The notes beneath the pieces were generated by a model that was given only the letters and a program-made list of their open reading frames with translations, did no database searches and was not told where the DNA came from. This document shows, piece by piece, positions 12,301 through 29,100 of a stretch of 45,979 nucleotides of DNA. The first letter of the stretch is position 1. The number at the start of each line of letters is the position of its first letter. The stretch comes from Reclinomonas americana ATCC 50394 (Eukaryota): assembly GCA_048213135.1 (NCBI GenBank), contig PS015246.1, positions 1 to 45,979 on the forward strand, read 5' to 3'. Both the position numbers and the translations under genes were made by a program.

Positions 12301-15300
12301 GGTGAGGCCGTGGAGTTGCTGGCTCTGGCCGTCACCTCGCAGGAGAATCCCGACACACGAGTGTTTGGCCACTTGAGACATGTGATTGTGGCGACCATCA
12401 AGTGCAACGATGCCAGCTTCCGGCAGCACTTGGTCGCCGTGTGCAAGCCCATGTTTGGCCGAGTTTTGCTTCTTTATATTCATGTTCTCTTATCGCGCCG
12501 TTTCTGTCGCTCAAATGCCATTGTTGCACAGTTGCGAGACAACCTCCGACGGCTGCACGGCATTGCGGCGGCCACCAAATCCACTGCGGAACAGGTGGCC
12601 GATGCGTTGACTGCAGCGCGAGGTATTCTCGATTTCTTCCGTTGGCTGGCCGTGTTCTTGGAGAATGCATGTTTCCCCGGTGCCGCATTCTTCCGACGCA
12701 TCTCGGCACTGGAGTTGTACAGGTTTGGGCGTGCAGAGGCCGCAGAAGTGCCTCCGGGGACTGAGGGACTGACTCATTGATCACGTGTGCGTGTAGAGTG
12801 CTGGCTGATGTGCTGGCCAAGGACGAGACGCTGCTTCGTGTGCCAAGTGACGAGGCCGAAGCGCCGCCCATTCTCTTCTCGCCGACCATGTGCGTTCTGT
12901 TGCTGAACACCATCACCAACAACTGGGATGCGGCGCGCGTACTCGCTGTGCAGGTGTCGTGCTTTGCGCAGTCCGTTACCGTGGGTGATGCTGTTAGCTC
13001 ATGCAGTTGGTCAACCAGATTCTCGAGCATAGCAAGCGCGGCGCAGTGCGCGAGTTCACACAGTCGGATCAGGTAGCCGCGTTTGTGAGCCATGCTCTGC
13101 ATCTGGCTGACTCTGCGCGGCAGCGCGATGTTGCGATTTCTTCATTGTCGACCATCTTAGTTGAGTCTGCTGACAACGCATTTGCGCAGGCCGATTCCGC
13201 TGGGCACATTTTCCGCTTGGTGTTCCGCAAGTGTGTGCTGGACGGCGATCTCGATGTGCGGGTGGAAGTCGATGCGTCCACAATGCACTGTCATGCCACC
13301 GTCGCCAGCAAGCAGCCGGATCAGAGCAATGCCGGTTTGTGTTGCCTCTGTGGTCTCTCGTTAATTTTCCACCTTCCGGCTCTGATGAAGTCTGTGCTGC
13401 AGATCGGGCGCTTGCGTTTGTGCAGTCGCTGGTGGATCTCGCGTCTTCAAAACTGCGATTCAATCGGCGGTGTCTCGACGAGTCGCGACCTGTGGACGTC
13501 GTGGCAGTTCACGGAACTCTGCAGGCGCTGCGGTAAGTGTGGTGCCGACAGCTGCGAGAGGGGACTAGAGGGCTGACCGCACATCGACCCTGCGCAGTCT
13601 TGTCGTGAGTGCAACTCCGGCTGGATTCCTCCGCGAGCCACGTTGGTGCGACGCGCTTCGCCAGTGCATTGCGCTCGCCGATTATTCCAGTCAGGTGGGT
13701 GTCGACCTGATTGCGACGACCATGGTGCATGGCGACGTCCGCTTCGAAGGTGTGGACTGTGTATCTGTTGCTGACGCGCAGAGATTCATTCTCTCACCCG
13801 CTCCGGACAGACGAGACTGCATACGATCGTGGCGATGGCGAGGTGGAGGAAGAGGAGGAGGAGGAGGAGGAGGCGGAAGATGATGGAGTCGACAAGGAGG
13901 CGGCTGAGGGTGGACAAGAGGGCGAGGGCGAGCTCAGCGAGAGTCTGGCACTGCAGCATCACGTGGCCAAGGGCTGGCAGATGATTGTCTTGTCGTCGAG
14001 CCTGCTGGCGCACATTGCCGACATTGCACCGCTGTCGTCCAGCAATGCGGTGCGTCAGTCCTTTCTTGTTTCTCTTTGCCTTGTCACGGTCGCTCGCTCA
14101 CTTTCGTGCGACGTAGACTGCCGAGGAGGAACGAACTCTGCTGGGCGTGGCTGACATGCAGAACGTGGGCGCGTGTCTGCTGCGCAACATTCTGGGCACG
14201 AAGCACAATGGTGCGGTGGAAAAGTCGTACCCGGCGCTGGTGGTGGTCACACGTCGCTGCCTGCTGCACGAACACCAGGCCATCAGCCAGCTCCCTCTCC
14301 AGTGGTTGGAGGTTTGTGGGAGGGACGCCTTTCCACCGTGTTGTGAGAATGCTGATGAACGGGTGTGAACAGGATGTCATGCGCCGAGTGGAAGCCGCCA
14401 CTCGCACCACGGTGCGCCGCAGCGCCGGTCTGCCGTTTGCGCTGATCGGACTGCTGCGGGGTGTTGCGTCACATTCTTCCCCGTGCACTGACAGCAGCCA
14501 TCACTGTTTGCTGACCCCGCGCCACAGGAGCCACCAAACTTCCCGACTTCGCTGATGCGAGTTGCCATGGAACGGTTGTTGCGATTGGCTGCCGGCTCAC
14601 CCGACCTGCCGCGACGCGCCCGAGTGCACGCCCTGAATTTGATTCGCAAGCTCATGCTGGATGCGCAGCTGGCGGCGGATGTGGAGCCCTACATTTCTGC
14701 GGCGTACCAATTGGTGCTGGCTGGCTTTTCGGATCCGCAGTTTCGCTCTATCGCTCTTGCGCACACCCGTTCTGTAGCTCACTCGGCACTGCGCAGCTGG
14801 GATGTACGCAACTCGTGCATGATGGTGTTCATGTCATTGATTCGGCGATCTGTGCGAGTTGCGTCATTGGTTGTCGCATGTTCTTGTCGCATTCTGTGTG
14901 GACTCAATTCTTCTCTGTTTGCAGAGCACGGAGCATCGCATTGAGTCAACTCGAGTCACAGGCCGTGAGTTCTTTGGCAAGTACCCCGAGCTACTGCCAC
15001 ACATTCAGCGCACTCTGGAGGCCGCCGCCGTGCGACGTGTTGCGTTTCCACAAGTCTGTCGTCTACTCATCTCGCTGTTTGCTTGCTGACTTTTTGCCTG
15101 ACAGGAACCCGGAGCTGCGCTGTCGGCATCCATCCGTCCCGAGCTGCAGCCGGTTCTGCTGCTGCTCTCGCGCCTCATGCCTGCCGCGCTCGGCTCACAG
15201 GGTGCTGATCTGTCTGCACTCGTGCCATCGGTGCTGGAGGCTGCCTACGCTCCGCAGTACATGGTCTGTTTGTACTCTCAGTCAGCGTCTCCTGCTCTTT

Positions 15301-17948
15301 CTCATTCTCCTTCGACTATCGTAGGCTCGCACCATGGCCGCTCGCTCACTGACATCGGTGCTCACCGACAACGAGGTCGCACGCAGTGCGCTTCAGCTGC
15401 TGGGCTTGCTTTGTGGTGCGTCTGCTGATGGCAAACAAGTAGATGGTCTTGTGTGTATTCTGACACGTGCGCGCAGACCTGTTGCCCACGCATGACTCCA
15501 ACCGAGTGCACGGCATGCTGCTGCAGACCCTGCACTTGATTGAGCAGGCGGCAGAGTCGCTGACTCCGGCTACTGTTGGTAAGTGGTGTCTGTTGGCCGC
15601 AGCGGGTGGTTGATGCCCTTGCTCACATTGCTGCAGCCGAATTCACGGCGCTGTGCGATCTCCTGTGTCAATTGTCGGGACTGGTCACTCGCCGCGACGT
15701 GGTGCCGCTGAACAAATCGCTGGTGGGCATGCTGGTGTCACGCGTCTTTGACGTCTGCGTGCGTAGCCGTTTGGCAGGTGAGCGGAATGAGTCTTCGACG
15801 AGCTTGTGCCGCTGAGAGGTGCTTACCGTCGAGTGCACTGCACAGCACTGCACACCATGGCGGAGCGATTGGCACGCGCGTTCCGTGACTGTGTTGGCGA
15901 TGTGGTCGATTTCGTCACCACGTGGTCGGCTCGCGCCGGCACGGTGCAGGTTTGTTCCTCATCACCATCCTAAACCACGTCCTGCTGCCCCTCTCACCCT
16001 CGTCTTGCGCAGCCGGGTCAAGTGGCATTCCTCGAGTGCTGCACTGGCGCGCTGGTCCGCGCAGCCATTGTAATGGGCGATGGTGGCGCGCAAATCACAC
16101 GCATGTTGCAATGTGAGGCGTTGCGCGTGGCTGCGCTGCATGCCGCTGATGAAGTGTTGGGCATGGAGGTGTACACCAGTCGTTGTGGGTATGTAGACGA
16201 CAGAGTGTCACCTGTGACTAGAGTACATGCGGACTCACTCTCTGCGTGTCTCAGAACGCTGGAGGCGCTCACCGTGTTCCGTGCGTGCGCGCAAGTCATT
16301 CTCGATTTGGTGCGCTTGGACAGTGGTCGACCATCTGCCGCTGTCGCACAAGAGGCAGCTTTCCAGGTGCCGCCCGCACTGCGCCTCTGTCACACGTCGC
16401 TGACTGGAGTTCTCGACTCGTGCGTCATGCATGGATCGGCAACTTGTGGTTTCCTTTGCGCGATTCTAACAAGCGAGTGTTCTTGGTTGTTAGGGCGTCG
16501 GAGGACCAGCCGGTGGCCTATGATCAGTTTGACAAGCTTCTGGCCTGCGTGCTCCACGTGACCCAGCTGGCCTCGTCGCCGTCGGTTCTTTGTGATGGTC
16601 TCCACCTGTGTGGCACGATCCTGCGGGCCATTGCGGCGTGCGAGCGAGAGGCAGATGACGAGCAATTGGTGCTGTGGATGAAGCTGTTGGAGGAGCGGTC
16701 ACATGATGAGCAGGCATGTGTCGCCCACTTGTCCATGTGTGTAGCCTATGGTCGTTGCTAACCTCCTTCTGTTGCCAGGGTATCGATGTGCGCATTGCGG
16801 TGGCCGAGTCCATCCAATCTTCGCGCGTCCTATGCCACGAGACAGCAGAGTTGCGTTTCCTTGTTTTTGCCACGCACTCTTTGTCATCAAGCGCGGTTGT
16901 TTACGCTGGCCTTTCTTTTGCGTAGCATCCGAGTGTGGTTGACGGTTGCAAGGCTGTTGGAAGACGACGATCCCACTGTGCGCGAAATCATCTCGCAGGC
17001 AGTCTCTCGTGCTCTCGTCACCCTGGTTGCGTATTGCACTTCTCATTCTCACACATTCCTTGCGTGGTGTTCTCACCTCACTCCTTTCTGCAGGGTCAAA
17101 CCGAGATTGCCGATGTGAAACTCAACTCGATGCACAATGGCGAGTGTTTGACGCGACTAATGATCAACGTGGCATCGCGGTACGCCTACTCTCCACTCCT
17201 GCGCAAGCGACTGATGGCCGACCTGATGCCGAGCGATGCGTACGGTGTGTATTTTCTTGCGAGAGAGTGAGCAGGGAAGGCATATTCCGCACTCACTTGC
17301 TTGACATTGCAGTGCAAGCGGTGTTGAGCGAATGTGTACCACGCTCCCACGACGTGCTTTTCGATCGAGAGATCCAAAACTACTTTACCGAGGTCGCGCA
17401 AGTGGCACAGGTGGCCGTCCTCGTGCTCGATGTGGTCATGAAGATTGATGTTGCGTATCCCGTTGCTTTGCTTCCATGGAGAGACAAACGGCAGCCTCCT
17501 CACGGCGTTGATTCCATGCATGCAGTCTTCGTTCCGTGACGAGCAACTGGAGGAGCTCGGCGCATCGCTGGCCAGCCGTTTGCGCTTGTTGCGCGAGCGT
17601 GCGGCGGTAGCCGGCTCCACCATTGGTGTGCTGTGCGGTGGCAGCACGCACCACCCGGCGCTGTTTGACGAGACCTTCCGCGCCCTCGCTCTGTGTGCTC
17701 TGCTTGCGCCGGATGCGGACTCGGGTACGTGACTTTTGCCAACCGCTGCTCTCGCGATTCACCTGCTTACTAAGCGTCCCTCCTTTATAGATGCCATGAC
17801 CGTGGTCCACGAAATGGCCGCCGACACGCTCCTCCATCCGCGGCTTGTGACCCTCGCGCAGGGCATTGTCGCCGGTCAGGGAGTGGCGGCGGCTGCCTTT
17901 TTGTTGGAGCAGTTGCCGATTGCCGTCGCGCCCCCGCCCGCCTCATAA
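9338..17948 (+). CDS. THADA: THADA / Trm732 (armadillo-type cofactor of tRNA 2'-O-methyltransferase, DUF2428), about 30 exons
   Basis: Motifs LGTKHNGAVEK, TVRRSAGLP, RVHALNLIR, GFSDPHWDVRNSCMMVF, TGREFFGKYPEL, PVLLLLSRL, LLEDDDPTVRE. The start MGRRRVSTQ is inferred. Confidence 0.9.
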
Positions 17949-17967
17949 CATTAACAATACTTTCAGT

Positions 17968-20794
<2,827 letters not shown>

Positions 20795-20862
20795 GGTGGC
20801 AGAGACACAAGCAAGACAACGAGTGAATTTTCTTTCTCTCGTGTCTCTCTCACTCTGTCTCT

Positions 20863-21147
20863 ATGTTCAACGGTGGAGGCAGTGGTGGTGGTGGTGGAGG
20901 TGGAGGTGCAGGAGGTGCCTCGCGATGGCCTCCACTGTGGGTGATTGTGTTGAGTGGCAGTGTGCTGCTGGTGGCCTTGTGGTTTATGATGGTTGGGTTG
21001 GCGCCGGCGCCAAGTGCCTCGGCGTTGGGAGCGGATGCGGGTGTCACTGAGCGATTGGTGAGAGAGAGAGAAGGGAGGCAAAGGGAGAGAGAGAGAGAGT
21101 TGTCTATGTGTATCTCGTGCATGATCGTTGCGCAGTCACATACACTC

Positions 21148-21204
<57 letters not shown>

Positions 21205-21224
21205 NNNNNNNNNNNNNNNNNNNN

Positions 21225-21301
<77 letters not shown>

Positions 21302-24036
21302 ACACACAACACTCTCTGCCAGTTGCGCGTGAGAGAGCACGAGAGAGAAAGCGTTGAGTCTGCCACGTGTCTATGCGCTCTCTCTTCTCTCTGCTGATTG
21401 GTGGCATGCATGTGCTGCGCAGGATGACTGGTCGGCATCGAAGGTTGCTTGTCATTCTTCTTTCTTTCCCTTCTTCTTGCATCGCCTCATCGGTATCTGT
21501 TCGTTCGTTGCTTTCTTTCATTCGCAGGTTGGCGAGCTGTCGCGCGAGGTGGCGCATCTGCAGTCGCTGTTGCAGATCAAGGAGCGCGAGTTGAACGAGC
21601 ATCGACAGGCGGTGGCCAAGGCGATGACGGCGAGCAGCGAGAAGAGCGCGTTGTCGCCGGTGCAGGTCGTTGCGGAGATCTTGGCGTCGGCGGTGTGCGA
21701 CTCGCCCGACTTGCCGTCAATGGAGGTGGCGCATGCGCGCGTGTTGTATAGTTCATGTGGGTGTCTCGTTGTGCTGAGTGTGCGGTGCAGATGTCGTGGC
21801 GTGAGGCGGCGCGTTTGCAGGCGGCGTCGGAGCTAAAGGACGATCTGTCGTTTGCGATGCGCACGGTGCTGCGGTTGGATTCTGGCGCCGGTCTGAGGGA
21901 CAAGTGGCCGGTGACGCTGCTGACGGTGGCCGACGATGAGGATGCGACGAGTGGGATGTTCACGGCCACGCTGCTGTCGATGATCTCCAGCACGCGCAGT
22001 GGCATGTGGCGCATGGTGGTGTCGCTGGGCAATCACGTCAGCGAAATCACGTCCTCCCACGGAACTCCGCTGCTGCGTGCCGACAATCTGGTGCACGAAA
22101 CCGGTGGTGCTGTGCCCTATTTCGCAGACGATGTTCTCGGACGGCGTCGCCGTGCGGTTGTCAAGTATGGTAGCGTCGCTGCAATGCTGGAACGTGGCAT
22201 TGATGTGATCTACGCTGCGCCGGGTGTGGTGTTTGGCGCCAAGCATCCCCTCTCTGGCATGTCGTTTGACCACGACTTTGAGGGTGCGTGTCGCTGTGTG
22301 AAGCCCTTTATTTTGGTCGCCGACTCACCACCACATTGGGCGCAGTGATGAGCACGGCACAAACCAAGGAGATGGTGAACGGCACCTTTGAGTTCAAAGA
22401 CGATGCGCCGTTCCTGACTCCCATGTATGGCGATGTGGCGCTCTTCGACCCGGCGTTCTTCTATGTGCGATCGAATCCGCGGACGGCCAAGGTGCGTCCA
22501 TGTGTTTACCTTGCCTCCCGCTCTCTCTGTTTCTCACGTTGCGACTCACGCGTGGCGATGGTGGGCAGTTGATGCGCCTCGTTCAAGATCGTCTCACCCG
22601 CGAGAACGTGGACGAAGATGTGGTGTTCACCGAGGCGCTGCTACGGCCGGCTTCGCCGCGCCATCCTCGCTACCCGCGCGTGTCGGTGCACATTCTCGAT
22701 TCACTCACCTACACCACCTCGGTGCGGTACACGACGGACCCGGAGGCCAAGGGCGCCCCCAAGCCGACAGTGATACACTGTGGCCAAATGCATCGGAAGA
22801 TGCGGTCCTACGCCGAGTGCGTGCTCACGCAGTACAAGGCGCTCGACGCGCGGCGGGCGAGCGCCTGGACGGGCTTCCCGGCGATTCCCGCCACGGCGCC
22901 GCTGCCGTCACCAGAGGAGGTGCGTCGCAAGCTGGATGTGAACACGTGTCGCAAGAGTTTGCCGGACGATGTGCCGGCCGAGGATGTGGACTTGGTGCAG
23001 GCGCTGGCCAAGAACGCGTCGGAGCAGCGCGACGTGTTTGTGACCATGGCGAATGCGAATGTGCTGGGCGAAAAGTACGGCGGCACGGGCGAGCCCATGT
23101 TGCCTCTGTGGGTCGACTCGGCGCGACATGCTGGTACGTCGCTGGTTGACACCCCTTGATATGCTTGTCTCTCTCATTCTTCATTCTTCGATGCAGGCGT
23201 GAACAACATCCTGGTGCTGGCACTCGACGACACCGCCGCCGACTACTGCCGACGCAACAAGGTGGGCTACGCGCGACTGGAGCCGCCAGACATCAAGGGC
23301 TACTCGGTGCCGAACCAGCGCGTGTCGGCATTCAAGTGGGCCCTGCTGCGACGCATCATTCGTGCCGGCTACAATCCGCTGCTCTCCGACACGGACATTC
23401 TGATCTTCCGCAATCCATTCGAGCTCCTCGTGCGCGACAGCGACGTGGAGAGCTCCACCGACGGCTGGACCGACGACACGGCGTACGGTGAAGTGGTGCA
23501 CTACCAGGGTGACTCTGGTCCGACGCCGTCGTTGCCACTCGGCTCCGCCTTCCGCCTCTACATGCTCAACGCCGGCTTTTTCTATCTGCGCGCCTCGCCC
23601 TCTGTCCTCGAGGTGCGTGTTACTTCCCTCGCTTTCTCTTGTGTGGTGGTGCCGCACTCACTCGTCGGCAATGCAGATCGTGTCGTGGATTGCCGATGAC
23701 TTGCGCAAGCACGCCAAGTGGGACCAGAAAGCCTACAACGAAGCGCTGCAGAGGCGCACGTACGGCAAGGTGCACGCACCGCGTCTGTCGGTCCGCGTTA
23801 TGGATCGCGCGCTGTTTGCGACCAGCAAGGTGTATCTGCGACGGGAAATGTGGGGCCGGCATATTGCGCCCGCGGTGGTGCACCAGAATTATGTCGGACC
23901 CGACTACTTTGATGGCAAGCCGTTCGGGCGTGACCCGAAGACCACCATTTTGCGGTTTATCGCTGAGGAGCACGACCGCGAGGTCAAGTCGCAGGAGAAG
24001 GCACAACTAGAGCTGGCACGGTTGCAGATCAACTAG
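20863..24036 (+). CDS. Type II membrane GT77 nucleotide-diphospho-sugar transferase (RRA-like) with two tandem domains
   Basis: N-terminal TM and coiled coil. C-terminal domain VSAFKW..GYNPLLSDTDI..NPFELLVRDSDVESSTDG..TAYG..NAGFFYLR..WDQKAYN..RVMD..SKV..VVHQNY. A degenerate N-terminal copy has GIDVIY.., FDHDFE.., PAFFYVRSNPRT. Confidence 0.85.
21153..21308. repeat. (CA)n/(GA)n microsatellites in GT77 intron 1
   Basis: Direct reading, with a short N gap. Confidence 0.95.
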
Positions 24037-24063
24037 ACGCGAACGTGAAATTAAATGTCGCTT

Positions 24064-26108
24064 TCAATCTTTTTTTACATTAATACCACGTCGTTGGCGC
24101 CGGCGAGTAATGCCAGCGTCGGCTGCTCGGGGTGAGAAAAGTGAGCGGATGTCTAAACGGAGGGACGAGGAAAGTGCACGCAACTCGGTGAAAGTGCGCG
24201 TAGTACGGTGATTCACGGTACCTCAAGTACGAATCGGTTTTCTGTGCCAAGGAGCGTCAGGTGTTTTGTGCGCAAAGTGTGTGTGCATGGGTGGCAAACC
24301 ATGAGATAGGCCACACTGTTGTAGGCGGCCACAAACGGAGTCAGAAGGTCGCTCGGTCTCGTGCTCGATGGATTCTGAGTGCGAGCGATGAACAGAAGAA
24401 ACGGCGGAGGAGACAGAGGCGCTTCTCTCGCGCAACAATGGGAACCACCGCCATGGCAGCGGCGCGCTCTCGGGCTGAAATATTAAGCGAGTGCGCTCCC
24501 TCACTGTCGATAAACTCGGCCCGCACTTCTGCACAGCGGTCGGCCGTCTCCTTGATCGACAGTCGCCCACGATCCTGCAAAGAATAATGGAATGAGGATC
24601 GGCACAGCAGGCCGACAGACACATCGCAACGCACCACGTCCAGTCGCAGCGTGGTGATGATTTCGTAGAACAGCAGGTTCTCTGTGAAGCACGTGCAGCG
24701 GTGAATGGAAGCCGCGATGGATCACACGAGACTGCACACACCTTCCGAAGCCTCGTCGCGCAAAAAGCTCAAGAACGCCTGCTTCTCTTTCGGATCCCCG
24801 ACTGTGCGCTCAAACGAGCTGTCGAGCAACGCAGCCGACGCGAAACCGTCGCGCGGGCGCATGGCAAACAGAATCAGCAAGTGCGGCATGAGATCGGCGA
24901 CGAGCAGCAGGATCTGCGGGAACGCTGCGTCGGGCAGCATGCCGAGCGAGGGCGAGACGGGGTAGAGGATGCCGGAGAGAAGGCTCAACGCCAGCAGGCC
25001 CGACATGATTGAGTGCTGTTGACGAGTAAGAAGAAGAACAGAGGAGGAGGAAGAGGAGGAGGAGGAGGAGTAGGAGGAGAGGCAGAAGCACAGTCGCACG
25101 CAACTCGCATCAACAGACTGGTGGTCGAGTCCACTGCACCAGACTTGCGCACCTGATAGAGCTGTCTCACGAGCATTGCAGGAATGACGACTGCCACCCC
25201 CAGCAACACCACGTTGCCCTTGAGAAACACGACAGTGTGAGCCATTCGTCGCAAGCTGTGCGCGCAGCAGGAATGAAAAATCAACTGACCACCACAAACA
25301 AGGAGAATCCGCCGAGATTGTTGTTCAGGCGCACCACCGGCACCAGCGACACCCACATGAGTCCGGCCGCGGCCAGAGCTGCACCCACCAGCGTGATCGC
25401 CAACAGCAGGCGCTCCTTCTTCGCTGAGTAGTCCGCCAGTCGTCTCAACAAGCGAACGTAGACCCACACTGCGCAAGAATGAGGGAGACGCCACCACAGA
25501 CAGTCGTCGCGATCACTCAACTGGCATAGGTGACTGTCAGCACCTGTGTGATGTTGGCCACCAGCGTGGTCCATCTTCCCGATTGGATGGCGTGCTCGGA
25601 GCACAAGAACCCATTGGTTGTGGTCGACAGAATGAAGAACCACGCAGAGACGACTATGTAATGCATGAGCGAGTGTGTGAGTCAGTGTGAGAGAGGCACG
25701 CTCACTCACTCACTCACCGATGCAGTGTGAGGCGCCCGCGAACCAAAACACGACTGTCGACATGGTGAATGCAACCCACAGCATGCGCAGTGTGACTCGC
25801 AGAGATGATCGCCACCAGGAGCCGCCTTGTTGTTTCCTCTTGGTGTGCTTGTGTGCACTCATCGTCTCGCCCTTGTCGTTGTCAGTGTCGTCATGATTGC
25901 TGTTGTTGTCGTGAGGAAGGCGACGAACGACTGTGAAGACATCGACGATCCAACGTGCGAGATCGGCGGCGCCCACTAATAGGTAGAGAATGCCGTCCAC
26001 GAGGAACACGATTGTCGACACCTGGTCGCATTGCATCGCGCAGTCAAAAGGTGTGTCCTGGAAGCTGATTGCCGTGAGCGGACATGCATGATTAACAGGA
26101 AAGTACAT
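24064..26108 (-). CDS. 7TM-RGS protein, paralog B
   Basis: About seven hydrophobic segments, then the RGS box AFLSFLRDEASEENLLF..FIDSEGAHSLNIS..FVAAYNSVAYLMKTDSYLRY. The start codon is uncertain (26108 or 26036). Confidence 0.8.
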
Positions 26109-26122
26109 TCATTACAAGGGAA

Positions 26123-29100
26123 CTAGAGCACAACGCCAGCAGTGCCGGCGAGTAATGCGATTGTGGGCTGCAAATATGGGGTGTCAGCGAGGACGAATGG
26201 AAAGAGCAGGCGAGAGGAACGCAACTCTGTGATAGTGTGCGAACTGGTCGGATTGGCGCCAGCGTGGGAAGCAATCGGTCTTCATCAGGTACGAGACGCT
26301 GGTGTAGGCTCGTTCAAAGGGACGCAGCATGTCGGATGTTGATACACCGGGTCGATCCGACTGCAAGGTCGTGAGCAACAATAGGCACAACAAAGACGAT
26401 GGGGTGATGATGACGCACCACATCCGTCATGGCCAGTTCGCGATCACGCGCAGCAATGTTGATCGACGACTCGCCGTCGGGTGAAATGTACGTGTCGCGG
26501 ATCTTACGGCAGCGAGCTGCCACGTCGGAGAGCGTCACTCGGCTCTTCGCCTGAGACGAAGGAGACGAGGAGGAGAATGGGGTTTCGTTGGGTGCTGTCA
26601 AACTGAGGGAGAGAGAAACCCGCAGAGACGCACAATATCTTCGCGCAGCTCATCCACTGCCATGCGGAACAGCAGGTTTTCTGCGCGGCAGAGGGAGGTA
26701 AGTTGTGAGCACAGTGCAAGAGGGGTACAGTCTCCACACCTTGTGCCATCTCGTCGGCGAGGAACCCGAGAAAGGCCTGCAAGCACCAACAGCGTGAGTG
26801 CACAATCCCCGATAGACAACACACAGCTACGAACCTGTCGCTCGTCCTTGACAGCCATCATCTCCTCAAATGAAGAGTCCAACAGCGCCGACTGCTTCAC
26901 CGAGTCACTCGGACGTAGCACGAAGAGCATGATAACGTGCGGAAGCCAGTCGCCGACCAAGAACATCGACGTGGAGGTGGGCATGGACTGCGAATGCTTG
27001 TGGATTGAGTGGCGGGTGAAAATGACGCACAAGTGGGTCGTGAAACGCAACTTTCTTCCACTGCACCGTCGCCAGAATGAGCATGAACGTGATGGATACG
27101 GTCAGCAGGGTGGTCGACAGGGCTTGCTGCAGCGCAACGGAAGTCAGTCAAGGGGAAAGGCGGAGAAGGAGAGCGGATGGAGAGAGGGAGAGAGGAAGAG
27201 AGAGAGAGGGAGACACTACCATGAAGCAGCAAGACAGCAACGGATGACACGCTACGCGACAGGAAGATGCAAACACCAACTCAATCCACACAGAATGGAT
27301 GCCTTCAATAAGACAACGGACGTCATCCCGACACATAGAGCTTTCACTCCTGTTTGACAGAAAGGATGAGATCTCACGTGACGAAGAAGCGATATCACAG
27401 AATTGATGTCATCCACACGCGGCAAAAAGACTAGAATGGGTGCCCTCCCTGAATGACATGAATTCATGTCTGACAGAGATGCCCACGCAGCAGGAAGAAG
27501 TGAACAGCAACTCAACGCCCACAAAATGGATGCCATCCATGTGCGGCAAGAAGAGTAGAACAGATGCCATTTCTCCGAATGACAGAAACGCCCGTTCCTA
27601 TCTAACAGACAGGAAGACAACCCACGCGGAATAACGGTGAACATCAGCCCAATGCCCACAGAAGGGATGCCATCCACACGCGGCAAGAAGAGAAGAACAG
27701 ATGCCATTCTCTGATTGACAAGAACACAGGTTCCTATCTGACAGACAGGAAGACAACCCACGCGGAATAACGATGAACACCAACTCAATGCCCACATAAT
27801 AGATGCCAACCACGCGCGGCAAGAAGCCAAGAGCGGATGCCATTTTCAGGCACCAGAAAAAACTCATTCTCCTACGACGCAGCAGCAAGACAAGAGACAC
27901 GCTTTGAACACCATCATTCCCTGCCAACGAACCCTCAACACAGCCTTGTCACCAACACGTAGGCGGCCTTGTCGATGCAACCGCAACATGCTGACCAGCG
28001 AGCTGATCGGCGCCAGCAACGACACCAGCAACAGCGCACCGTACCCCTGTCGCATCCACCATCAGTTTCCAAACAAGAACCCACCACCTCCTTTGCCTTT
28101 CCCCCATCGCAACTGCAATCAACAACGAGTACATGACCGGCTGGTGATCCAAGTCCGGGTACGCATCCTGAATGAGATAGGAGCCGCCGATAGCAGCCGC
28201 CACCAACGCCAGTGCCACCAGCACCGAGGCCGCACGAGCGACTCTCACCGACAGCGGCACGAGTACCACCGCCAGTCGCAGGTACACAAAGAGCTGGAGC
28301 GAGAAGTTGATGAGGAGAATGATCTGGCCCACCAGCAGCATGATCACCATCCAGTTCTGAATGCCCGCCCACCCGTTGCTGGCGTCGTTGCAGTCGAAGA
28401 TCGATGCAGTGCCTGCTCCGTAGGCCGTCATGACTGTGGCGCGAGAATGAGAAGGGAGGGAGAGGAGGAGGAGGAGGAGGAGGAGGAGAAGGGAGAGGAA
28501 GGGCAGGGAAAGGAAAGGAGAATATGAGAGGATGAAAGACAGAGTGATGAAGGCGAGGGAGAGAGAAAGGGAGGAGAGAGGAATGGTGGCAGGGATGAAG
28601 ACATGAAGAGAGACATAAGGAGACACTTGTGGTTAAGGATCTAACGGGCGTGAGACGCGAAGAATGAGGAAATAGGAAGGCGGAGAGGAATGAGAGGTGG
28701 GGAAGAGAGGACATAGTTGCTGAGGGAGAGGGTGAGAGGAAGGGAAGAGAGCGATGATAACAACAGACGGGGGCATAGCTGCAGTCATCAGTTGATACAG
28801 GTACAACGCAGGTGTGACGGAGAGGGAAGGGAGGTGAGAGGAGGATGCTGGAAAGAGGAGACTTGGCATCAGTGCATCAAAGGATCGACGCAAATCCTCA
28901 CTGCAGGGAGAACAGAGCAACAGGAGAGAGAGTACTCTGCAATCACTCCCTCCGCTTCCCCCTTTCACTCTGCTCTCTCTCTCTCTCTCATCTCCCTCTC
29001 ATCCCCCTCTCATCCTCCCCCCTCACCAACACAATGTATAGTCCCAAGGAACCAGAACGCAGACGTAGGCAGCGTCACAACCACCACACACAGTCGACGA

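Noticed and set aside
27270-27850. CRISPR-like array
   Set aside because: Whole units are similar with no unique spacers, there are no cas genes, and it lies in a eukaryotic intron.
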